Shown: positions 27,801 through 39,800 of the stretch, piece by piece | Numbering within the stretch: the first letter of the stretch is position 1 | Layout: each line of letters starts with the position of its first letter | Source of the DNA: Mobula hypostoma | Taxonomy: Eukaryota | Length of the DNA stretch: 64,000 nucleotides | Assembly: GCF_963921235.1 (NCBI RefSeq) | Contig: NC_086108.1 | Span: 81,842,001-81,906,000, forward strand | Direction of reading: 5' to 3' | Translations under genes and position numbers: made by a program | Notes under the pieces: generated by a model | The model's database searches: none | The model's input: only the letters and a program-made list of their open reading frames with translations | Told to the model about the DNA's origin: nothing

Positions 27801-30800
27801 GTGATCTTAAATGGTGGAGCAAGTATAGCTGTCTTTTCCATTTTCTTTATTTGTCTTTGGAAGCATTCCTTGACAGCTGTAGAAGCAGCAGATCCCATAT
27901 CCTTTCTTGGAGTTGGCGTATTTGCCTCTGACTCATACAAACTTTCTGAACACAATTGAAGGTGAAGAAGTTCTTGATGTTCCCTGTGATTGCTTACTAC
28001 CAGTGAGGAATCAAAAAGAGACTGCAGGGTTCTAACTTTTTATAATCTTTTTTAAGAATCTTTGTGTTTTCTGGGATCATCAGTCTCACTTTGTTTCCAT
28101 AATCCTCGTCAACTTTCTGAACTTGCTATCGGTGACAGCCAGCCTGAGGAGGCGTGTTTGGAGAAGCACACCAACGTGATAGTGGAAGAAATCCGTTCAG
28201 GATCCAGGCAGTTCAACACACGGAAAAGCTGTTGCCTGGTTTCATCAAAGCCCATACTGGCCATGGCAGCCAGGATATGCCTCCAAGCTCTGCATCTCAG
28301 TTCAGAACAGCCATGCCACTTGCCCTGACCCAACCCATTTTCTGCACATTGCACACGATACTGAGCTGCACAGCAATGAGATGCTGCATGAACTCCCATG
28401 GAGGGCAGGATTCCATCTACAGTACTGTGCAAAGGTCTCGGGCACATATACTGTGTATAGCTAGGTTGCCTAAGACTTTTGCACAGTGCTGTAGTGATCC
28501 TATTTACTGTACTATAGCCGCAAAAAAAAATTCATTACGTGAGTGATGATAAACCTGATTCTGATACGGGTCTCTGTTGTGGACTGAGTGGGAAGAGTGC
28601 ATGAAGAAGGGGGATCATAGTTGGGAAGAGGGGAAGGAGTGGGAGGTACCAGAGAGATATACTGTAATGATCAATAAACTAATTGTTTGGAATCAAATTA
28701 CCTTGTCTGGTGTCTCAAGGCTGGGTGTGTTTGCACCCGCCATTCCCGACCCTGGCATGCCTTCTCTGCCACCTGTCCCACACCCCTCGCACAGTGCTCC
28801 ACCCCCGCTCCATTCCCAATATTCTTTGCTCCTGCCTGATTTATAAATTTGCTGTCCACTCCATGTTGACAAATACAGTACTATGCAAAAGTCTAATGCA
28901 CCTTAGCTATGTATATATGCTTAAGACTTTTGCACAGTACTGTACATGCCAGATTTCTGATACAGTAGTGTGCAGCCCGAGTGATTGTCTCTTAGAAAGC
29001 AAAAGAGCAAGATTGCACAGACTCCAGGACCAAGAAGTCTTTGATGAATCATCACTCTGAGAGGAAGTATTTGGTGGTTTGCTGCTGAGTTGTCTTTTCA
29101 GAAAGAAAATGTGCTTTTTTTTTGTTAAGCCAATGCCGCCGAAAGATGGCTTTTGTCCCATACCAATCGACTGTCTCTGAACTGCCATCTAGTGGTACAG
29201 CAATTACCACTACTTTGCACCTAAGAATGGGCCATAAATAGAAGCCTCAGTAGCAAAACCTGATCATTTAGATTACAGTAAATAGTTAAAATAGTGAATA
29301 TTGCACATTTTAAGCAAAATTTGTCCTGTGCTTTGTTTACATTTTTCTCGTTCCATTTCTTTTCACCTATAGGCAATGTTGTCAGTAGATGATGATGATG
29401 ATGAGAATCCAGAAGAAAATGTATTTTATCAAGTTCAGTCTCTCTTTGGGCACCTGATGGAAAGTAAATTGCAATATTATGTTCCGGAGACCTTCTGGAA
29501 GGTTAGAAACCTTACGATGATAAGAAATGGTGTTTAATTGATGGAGCAGTTAAATGCACTTGATATTTGAAATCTTCAGAGACATTTATTGTTGGTGTAA
29601 TGGTAACTGAGTGAAGAAAAAGCCTAGCTCATGAGTTTGAATGCCTTTCAGATAACAGTATTATCATGTACTGAATGTGAAGATGCCAAACTTTGGTGTG
29701 AAAGCAAGAGTGGTTTTGCCTGCCAAAACAAAGAAACAGTTGAAATGTTTGAAAAATTTAAGAAAGTTCAAAAATTAATTTAACTTTATATAACCAATTA
29801 ATATGTAGCCAATACCAAATGTAGCAAATGTGCATTCAACTAAGCAGTGAGGAGTTAGGAATGTTGTTTTAACAGTGAAAATATAAATGGTGACTTCAGT
29901 CTGAAATTTAAATAAGAGATAAATAATACTAATTGGACTCTGAATCATCTGTAGATTTATATCTAATAAAACAAATAGAACTGAACAGATTCAAGTATAA
30001 ATAAATTTTGTTTTTTAATTGGACAACATCAAACTCCTGAATGTGTCTAAATTCCACATGGTCTTTTTTTTCCAAAACTGTTGTTTCCACCATTTTTTGT
30101 CAGCACTTGTAAGTGTCTGCTGCCTAACCTTTAATTTTTCCACCTTTGACTTAGTTTCTTTGTTACTCTGGTGCATCCACTTGATTTGCATGCTGCACAG
30201 GATCAGGGAATAATGATGGTGACAAGCAGGGTGCAGTAATTATGTTTTTTCAATGAAATTATGGATATTTGTGCCTACAGGCACCTCATAAAATTAAGGG
30301 TATTTGCATGCTCCTCCCCAAAGATAGATTTTTCCTTATACTCACCTGCCCATGTTGCATTACATAGTTTCTAATCTCAGCATATCACCAGAGAAAAGAA
30401 ATCTGTTGGAGTTCCAGCTGTCAATCTAAGTAAGCTATGCACAGGGAGAGATCTGAAGATATTTACCTTCTGTCTTCACAGTATTAGATGGTATGAAAAA
30501 GGGAAAAGGGCACATGTAATATTCAAAGTAAATGGCTGTCCAGAAAACAAAACAAAACAATAGAATGCTGGAAGAACACATCAGGTCAAACAGCATCTAT
30601 GGAGGCAAAAAGCTAAAGGTGTTTCCTGTCAAGATTTTCCATCAGGACTAGGAGGGAAGAGGAAAGATTGCTAGTAACTAGCAGTGCATGGGATATAGAG
30701 TGGAGTGCTCTGGTAGGATTCAGATTGTCCAGAGTATCTTATAGCAAACTTAAAAAAAAAATTCTTTTCCTCCTCCACAGATTTTTAAAATGTGGAATAA

Positions 30801-33800
30801 GGAGCTGTATGTACGTGAGCAGCAAGATGCATATGAATTTTTTACTAGTTTGATAGACCAACTAGATGAGCACCTGAAGGTAGGTACACAAGATTTCTTA
30901 GGGCCTCATACACATTCTACATCTCTTATGATTTGCAGTGTGCCCACAGTAATTCTTTCTCTCCACAGAAACTCGGGCGTGAACAAATTTTTAAGAACAC
31001 TTTCCAGGGTATTTTTTCTGACCAGAAGATCTGCAAAGATTGTCCTCACAGGTCTGTAGCATTTTTTTCACATAACTAAGTAATTTTTTTCAAGGAATTT
31101 TTTAAGAAAGTTAGAACCCTCAGGTGCAATGAATTGTGGATGATCTTATGTAAGTGAAACCCCTTTTTACTGGATGTCTCTGGAAACACAGCTGGTTAGC
31201 CCCTCGCTAACAAGCCAATGGACACAGCGATGAGAAAACCACCTTCCTCAAACTCCATACATTTAGAGTCGATATGATTTGGGTCCCACCAGACTGGGAG
31301 AGTCATATGTTTCGATCACCCACACCCCAGTCTGAGGAAATGCTGCCCACTAGCAATTACCCGTCAGCAAGAAATAACGGATTGTACACTGTGTACAATT
31401 ATAAAGAAAGTATATTTACAATTTTCAGCTTTATTGAACAGCTAGTAGAAAAAAGAAAAAAGACGACAGGGGCCCCATTACAGTTAACCCAAATGTGCAC
31501 ATAAGTTGGAGCTCATCTTGAAGTTGTCTTTAACTCACATGCTGGACCCATGGTTTGTACGAAAGCACATGCCACCTTCCAAATGTCACTCAAGATCCAT
31601 CGAACAAACAGGGTCCCCGACGGGAGCATTGGTTCTTCCTCCTTGAAGCCATTCATCTGCACAAAGCACCTTGAGCAACCAGGATGGTATCCTCAGCCAT
31701 CTTCCCTCCTGTCTTCTCCCAGCTCCCGCCAAAAAAAAGACCGACCCACACCAGTGTCCGTCACCAAAACCTCTCCACCCAGCATTCTCTAGAACTTTGT
31801 CCCCAATTCCACTACCTTGACTGGCTGACACAACCAGTTGAACAAAACAGCCCCTTATCTTTAGCTCTAGCTCAAACCCAAACATGCTAAAAGCGGAACA
31901 GACTGCTCTTACAGAACTGCTCAAATGAAATACTTAGCGCATTGCAGTTAAAATCTTAACCAGGGCGTTATAGAAGAAAAGTTTGGAAGTTAACCTTGAC
32001 AAGTCTGCTATAAGTGAAGAAGAGATTATCGTACTTAATAGATTTCTCCAATTTGGAATAAGGGAGATTCATAGTCATACAGTAACACAGCATGGAAACA
32101 GGCCATTAGGCCCAACTCATCCCTGCTAACCGTGGTCCCCACCAAACTAGCTCCATCTGTGCACATGTTGCCCATTTTTCACTGAACCCTTCATACTTGA
32201 TTCAGATTTATTTATCACATGTAAGAAGAAGTTGTGAACCCTTTGTAATTACTTCATTTCCTGCATTATTTACTTTTAAATTGTGGTCTGATTTTCAACT
32301 AAGTCACAATAATAGACAAACAAAATCTGCATAAACTAATAACACACAAACAATTGCACTTTTCATGTCTTTATTGAGCACATTGTTTAATCATTCACAG
32401 TCCAAGCTGGAAAAGTATGTGAACCCTTGTATTTAATAACTGGTAGAACCTCCTTTAGCAGCAATAACCTCCACCAAACATTTCTGTAGCAGCTGATCAG
32501 ACTTGCACAATGGTGAGGAGGAATTTTAGATCATCCCTCCATGCAAAACTTTCAGTTCATCCATATATCAAAGGTACGTTTAATGTCAGAAAAATGTATA
32601 CAATATATATCCTGAGATGATTTTTCTTCGCAACCATTCACGAAAAACATGAGTGCCCCCAAAGAATGAATGACAGTTAAATGTTAGAACTCCGAAGTCC
32701 CCCCCCCCAGCTCCCCTCCCTCTCGTGCATAAACGGCAGCAAGCGACGATCCCCCCTCCCCGCCTCCGGCAAAAAAAATCATCGGCACCCACCCTTCCCT
32801 CCCTCCCTCCCTCCTCCTCTCTCTCTCCCCTCCCCTCCCCTAATAAGGGAGAAAGAGATGTCTCTGTTTCACAGCGAGAGGGGAGACATAACAAACAACT
32901 CGTTGGTTTACGATGTTAAAAAGTCCGTTGTGTCGCTTTTTCCGACCTCTGCCCAAAGATCTCAGGTCGCTGGGCACACAGCCTTAGATCTTCCATCTCC
33001 CACAACACTGATCTCCGGCCCGGACACTAACCGTCAATCCACCCAACTCCAGAGCCACGAGATCTCAGCCCTCCGAAGGTGAGCTGAGCTCTTAGACCGC
33101 GTCCTTGGCGTGCTGAATAATGGCCAGTAGTGAAACCCCGAGAGCGGGTCCCATTCCTGCAAAGAACCGTAGTCAGCGTGTAACTCCAAGTCAGGGTCTT
33201 CAAAAGAACCCTGAAAGGGAAAAATAGAGATATTGAAGATGGTAATAGAGCTGTTTCTGAAGATGCAAACAAAGGAGTCGCCATTAGGCGCCATTATTTC
33301 TCCTAAGCTGCTGCTCCTTGCATGGAATATGTTACATGAACAGCCCTCATCAGGTCGTGCCACAGATTCTAAGGTCTAGGCTCTGACTTGTCTATTCAAA
33401 AGCACAAATTTTCTTCTTTTTAAACCATTCGGCTGATTTACTCTTGTGTTTCGGATCTTTGTCTTGTTGCATCATCCAACTTGTATTAAGCTTCAGGTGA
33501 CAGACCGCTACCCTGTCATTTTCCTGTAAGATGTCTTGATACAGGGCTGGCTGGTGGCACAATGACATCGGCGCCGGACCCAGGAGCAAAGGTTCCCGGG
33601 TTTGAACCAGTCGAGTCCGCTCCCGAGTACGCTTTCCATCCGTGCCGGGTTGAGTGTCGAGATCGCAGCTCGACCTCGTAAAATAAAGGGAAAATACTGC
33701 GAAAGTGTCTGTGTGAGGAGTGACGTATCACAGTCTGTCTCTCTCATTCCACGCCTTGTAAAAAGCCATGAAAAAGACATCATCAAGGACACACGCACAG

Positions 33801-36800
33801 ACTCGCACGCGCACACACACAGGCATGTGCCAAAAAAAAAGATGTCTTGATACAGTTTTGAATTCATTGTTCCCTCCATGATTGCAAGCTGTCCAGGCCC
33901 TGAGGCAGCAAAGCAGCCTCAAACCATGGTGCTCCGTCCACTATGCTTCACAGTTGAGAGGTTTTGGTGTTGGTGTGCAGTGCCCTTTTTCCTCTAAGCA
34001 TGACAGTGTGTGTTTCTGCCTTTTGTCTCATCTGTCCACAGAACACCGTCCCAGAAGCATTGTGGAACATCCAGGTGGTCTTTTCAAACTTAAGATGTGC
34101 AGCAATTTTTTTTTTGTAGAGTGGTTTCCTCTGTGGTGTCCTTCCATGAGCAAGTTCTAGAGATTCCTGCGGGTCTTTTGCTATTTCCCTTGGGTTCTTT
34201 TTCACCTTCTTCAGCATTACATGTTGTACTCTTTGTGTGGGTTTCGCAGGACATCCACTCCTAGAGAGAGTAGCAACAGTACTGAAGTACTGAATTTCCA
34301 CCATTTGTAGGCAATTTCTCTTGCTGTGGACTGATGAACAATCAGGTCTTTAGAAATGTTTTGTAGTCTTTTACAGCTTCCTGCATCTCGACAATTCTTC
34401 TTCTAGGGTTCGCTGAAAGTTGTTATGATCGAGGCATGGTACACATAAACAGATCTTTCTTGAGAAGAGCAGGCTCTTTCAGTAACCTGATTTTGTGTGT
34501 CTTTTTTTTATAGGGCAGGGCACCTCCACAACCCACACCTCCAATCTCATCTCATTGATTGGAACACCTGACTCCAAATAGGTTTTGTAGATGGCATTAC
34601 CCCAGAGGTTTACGTACTTTTTTGAACCTAGACTGTGATTGTTTAAATGGTGTATTCAGTATTAATAACAAGTACAATTGTTTGTGTGTTATTAGTTTAG
34701 GCAGATTATGTTTGTGTATTATTATAACTTACTGAAGATGAAGATCAGACCACATTTTATGAGTAATTATTGCAGAAAGCCAGATAATTGCAAAGGGTTC
34801 ATAAAACTTTTTCTAGCAACTGATTGAAAGATATGTTGAAAAGGCATCATTTTGCATTAACAGCCAGCACACCCAAGGATATGCTGGAGGCAGCCGACAA
34901 GCGTCACCATACATTCTGTTGCAAACATAACATGTCCACCGTGCTCAGAAGAACAGCACAGAACAGAACAAAACCAAGCAACAAAGCAACAACAGCAAAA
35001 CAAGCTCTGTTCCTTCCACCCACCCACCTGTGAAAATACACAGTCCTCTAACCCCAGCGGATTCATTGATTCGCACACATTGCTTTTGAGTTCCCCTGCC
35101 GTATCACAGAGATTCACAGATTGGAGGCTTTGGCCATCCAACCTTGACTTTTGGATTTCCAGTCAACCTTCCATGCTATGATCTTCAGTATCAACACAAG
35201 ACTGCCAATGATGACAAATGAGGACTCGATCTCCAGGCCTTGAGCTCTGGACTCACCAATGACAGGACCCCAAACACTCGGCCTCGAACTCCAGTCTCTA
35301 TAATTTGCTTAGCTAGAGGCACCCTGTCCTCGCTGGTCTGCTGACCTGGCATCCAACCATGTCCACATCGCTGACTTTCAAATAGAGCAGAGCCTTAGAC
35401 TTCGACCTCTCTTCCAATTCCCCCACACCCCTATTCCTAAACCCTAACCTAACCCAACCCCACTCCCTCCCCTGCTCCTGCTCCTGCTCCCTCTCTCCCC
35501 AAGACCATCCCTACCAACTTGAAAAAAACTAAAAAATGAACTTGAGTCTGCACTGCGACCTCGATGGAGACTGCAGCTTAGCGCCATGAGAAAAAATGTC
35601 CATGTACTTGAACAAATGTACTTTGAATGTTATTTTCTGTAAACTGTCACAGGCTAGGCCGACATTTATTGTATTTTGAGAAAATGGTGGCGAGCCTCTG
35701 AAGCCTCTCTGGTGAAAACACTCCCAAAGTGCTGTTGGGTGGGGAGTTGCAGGGTTTAGTGGTTCCCAAACATTTTTGGGTTATCACCCCACTTGGCTGC
35801 CCGAACACATCCCCAGTGCCTTCCCCTCCCTTTCTGGCCATTACATAAAAACTATAAAGAACTTTGATTTATGATACGCAATGAAAGAAAATAATAGCAA
35901 AAAATGTTCAAATGTATTTAAAGCTACAGCAATTTTAGAGCATTGAGTAGTAGTCCAACTATACTCGACCACTACTTTTTCACCTTTCAGTGAGATGGGT
36001 GGACTAGGTGCAGTGATATCAGCTCCGCAACTTCAGCCTGAATGTTACCCAGACAGAGTCTCAGATCTTCACATAGAGTAATTTGTGGTCTGTTTCGTTG
36101 ATTTGAAAGAAATTGGGCAACTGCACTGAGTCTGCACTCTGCTAAATATGATGTTGAACAGGCAATAAGAAACCTCTTGACCTTTTGCCACATTGCAGGA
36201 TAACATTCAGAGATTTCTTTCAGCATCCAAAAGTCTTGATATGGTCTTTTTTGAACCTTAGCTTTAAATCAGTCATTTTATAGCAAGATCAGTTCTTCCC
36301 CTATCCTTCCTTTTAATTCCTCCCTTTTAATTTCTCATTGCAAATGGTCAGGAATGAATTTATTACCCAGTTGAGAACTTGGATTGAGAGAATCCTGAAA
36401 TCTCTCTGACATGAAGATAAAGAATGGTAGGGTGAGGGAACTATAGGTGACAAGTGAGGTGGAAAATCTAGTCAGCGGAAGAAGGCAGCATACATGAGGT
36501 TTAGGAAGCAAGGATCAGATGAGTTTATTGAGGAATATAGGGTAGCAAGAAAGGAGCTTAAGAAGGGGCTGAGAAGAGGAAGAAGGGGGCATGAGAAGGC
36601 CTTGGCGAGTAGGGTAAAGGAAAGCCTAGGGTAAAGGAAAACCCCAAGGCAAAAGGATGACAGGAGTGAAGGTAGGACCGATTAGAGATAAAGGTGGGAA
36701 GATGTGCCTGGAGGCTGTGGAAGTGAGCGAGGTCCTCAATGAATACTTCTCTTCGGTATTCACCAATGAGAGGGAACTTGATGACGGTGAGGACAATATG

Positions 36801-39800
36801 AGCGAGGTTGATTTTCTGGAGCATGTTGATATTAAGAGAGAGGAGGTGTTGGAGTTGTTAAAATACATTAGGACAGATAAGTCCCCGGGGCCTGATGGAA
36901 TATTCCCCAGGCTGCTCCACGAGGCGAGGGAAGAGATTGCTGAGCCTCTGGCTAGGATCTTTATATCCTCGTCCACGGGAATAGTACCGGAGGATTGGAG
37001 GGAGGCAAATGTTGTCCCCTTGTTCAAAAAAGGTAGTAGGGATAGTCTGGGTAATTATAGACCAGTGAGCCTTATGTCTGTGGTGGGAAAGCTGTTGGAA
37101 AAGATTCTTAGAGATAGGATCTATGGGCATTTAGAGAATCATGGTCTGATCAGGGACAGTCAGCATGGCTTTGTGAAGGGCATATCGTGTCTAAAAAGCC
37201 TGATAGAGTTCTTTGAGGAGGTGACCAGGCATATAGATGAGGGTAGTGCAGTGGATGTGATCTACATGGATTTTAGTAAGGCATTTGACAAGGTTCCACA
37301 TGGTAGGCTTATGCAGAAAGTCAGAAGGCATGGGATCCAGGGAATTTTGGCCAGGTGGATTCAGAATTGGCTTGCCTGCAGAAAGCAGAGGGTCGTGGTG
37401 GAGGGAGTACATTCGGATTGGAGGGTTGTAACTAGTGGTGCCCCACAAGGATTTTTCCTGGGACCTCTACTTTTCATGATTTTTATTAATGACCTGGATG
37501 TGTGGGTAGAAAGGTGGGTTGGCAAGTTTGCAGATGTCACAAAGGTTGTTGGTGGTGTGGATAGTGTAGAGGATTGTCAAAGATTGCAGAGAGATATTGA
37601 TAGGATGCAGAAGTGGGCTGAGAAGTGGCAGATGAAGTTCAACCCGGAGAAGTGTGAGGTGGTATACTTTGGAAGGTTGAACTCCATGGAAGAGTACAAA
37701 GTAAATGGCAGGATACTTGGTAGTGTGGAGGAGCAGAGGGATCTGGGGATACATGTCCACAGATCCCTGAAAGTTGCCTCATAGGTGGATAGGGTAGTTA
37801 AGAAAGTTTATGGGGTGTTAGCCTTCATAAGTCGAGGGATAGAGTTTAAGAGTCGTGAGGTAATGATGCAGCTCTGTAAAACTCTGGTTAGGCCACACTT
37901 GGAGTACTGTGTCCAGTTCTGGTTGCCTCACTATAGGAAGGATGTGGAAGCATTGGAAAGGGTACAGAGGAGATTTACCAGGATGCTGCATGGTTTAGAG
38001 AGCATGCATTATGATCAGAGATTAAGGGAGCTAGGGCTTTACTCTCTGGAGAGAAGGAGGGCGAGAAGAGACATGATAGAGGTGTACAAGATATTAAGAG
38101 GAATAGATAGAGTGGACAGCCAGCGCCTCTTCCCCAGGGCACCACTGCTCAATACGAGAGGACATGGCTTTAAGGTAAGGGGTGGGAAGTTCAATGGGGA
38201 TATTAGAGGAAGGTTTTTTACTCAGAGAGTGGTTGGTGCGTGGAATGCACTGCCTGAGTTAGTGGTGGAGGCAGATACACTAGTGAAATTTAAGAGACTA
38301 CTAGACAGGTATATGGAGGAATTCAAGGTGGGGGGTTGTATGGGAGGCAAGGTTTAAGGGTCGGCACAACATTGTTGGCTGAAGGGCCTGTACTGTGCTG
38401 TACTATTCTATGTTCTGTGTCTATATACAGTTCACCCAGGTGGGCATAGTATGCTTGAAGATTATCATCTGGTATTCTTTCTTTCTCTTCCCACTCAGAG
38501 ATGATAAGAAATTGCAAAAGGCCTTGACAGCCAATGTTGCTCTTAAATAGGGTTGACTTGGACAGAAATGTGGAGAAGGACTGATTTGACTTTGATAAAA
38601 TTCACATCATTTCCTGCAATTGAGAATTGATTTCATCAAACTTTGCAAACAATTTTGATTAAGCAACGTCGTATCTAATATTCTTGAGTTGATTACTGAA
38701 TGAGGCATTCAAGTCTTCCAAGAATTCTGTCATAATTTCAAACAGCACATAAAATCGTTTCAGGCAGTTTCCTTTTGAGAGCCAGCCATCTGACTTTTGT
38801 ATGTAACATTGAGCATTCAAGCTATTCATTCTCAATACAAAGCTCTCAAAATAGTTGCGAATTGAGAGCATGGGACTTGATTTTATTTACTGCTGTGAAA
38901 GCAGTATTTATTGAGTTGTTTAGCCAATCACTTCAGATTTTTTGTGATAAGATGTTGTCTGTGAAATAACATCGTGAATGGTAAATATGTTAGGTACAGC
39001 TTTTTCAAGAAAGTAATAACCCCACTGTTACATTATGTCATTGGTGCCCCATCTGATGAATAAGCAACAATGGTGGTGAGTAGAATGTCCTTGAAAAAAT
39101 TGTTCAACAACTGGAATTATTGGCTCCCACTTCATATCTGTTTCTTGTCCTCTTGCAGAAAAACAACTTTTGCCCCATACTTTTATGAAGCAAACATAAC
39201 CAAGAAGCAAAGTTGTCTCATCCAACTGCAGAGCAGATTCTGTTATCCAATGTTACACAATGTGTTTTGCACAATGTCAGATATTTCATCTATTCATTTT
39301 TGAACAGAGTTGTCACTGAGTGGAATCAATTTAATTATTTAGTCTGGTGACTTACTCAAAGCCGTACTCAGACCCTCCTTTACTGCTGGGAGAATCAGTT
39401 CTTCTCCATTTGTGTGGGGCTTGAAATGAAATGTTGTATGCAGCACACAACGCATTACTGTTTTCTTGTGAAGTGCTGGTTGAAGTGTTTTCTGTTTCTG
39501 AAAGTTTTCACAAAATGAATGAAAATAAGCTAAGTTCTTGTGTGCTCAATGAGAGTATATTCTCTTCAAATGTTCCAAAAGCCTGAATGGTTTCATTGCC
39601 TCATTTGAAATACTTTTCACACAACAGACACATTGGCTGCTGTTGTTTGCTTGGTGCTGATATAAATCCATATTTTAGAAACTCCACACTATACTATCTG
39701 CACTTTTTTAGTTTGACCTCCTTCTGCCATTTTCATTATGGATTAACAACCACGGTCAATCACCCATTGTATAAGCTGAGCCTCATGTGCTGCGATCAAT

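Larger units (their letters stand above)
32224..34822 (-). mobile_element. Degenerate Tc1 transposon with long inverted repeats, carrying two nested insertions
   Basis: IRs ~32224-32430 / ~34600-34822; transposase remnants RSGCPAK...[19 protein letters not shown] on minus. Confidence 0.85.

Noticed and set aside
33545..33615. tRNA gene
   Set aside because: A/B-box-like head continues into a ~220-bp body, an A-tail and a TSD; it is a SINE and I could not build a cloverleaf.
35987..39730. Domesticated Buster-derived gene (ZBED/SCAND3-like)
   Set aside because: Multiple stops and frameshifts plus a 2-kb CR1 insertion; it is a fossil.
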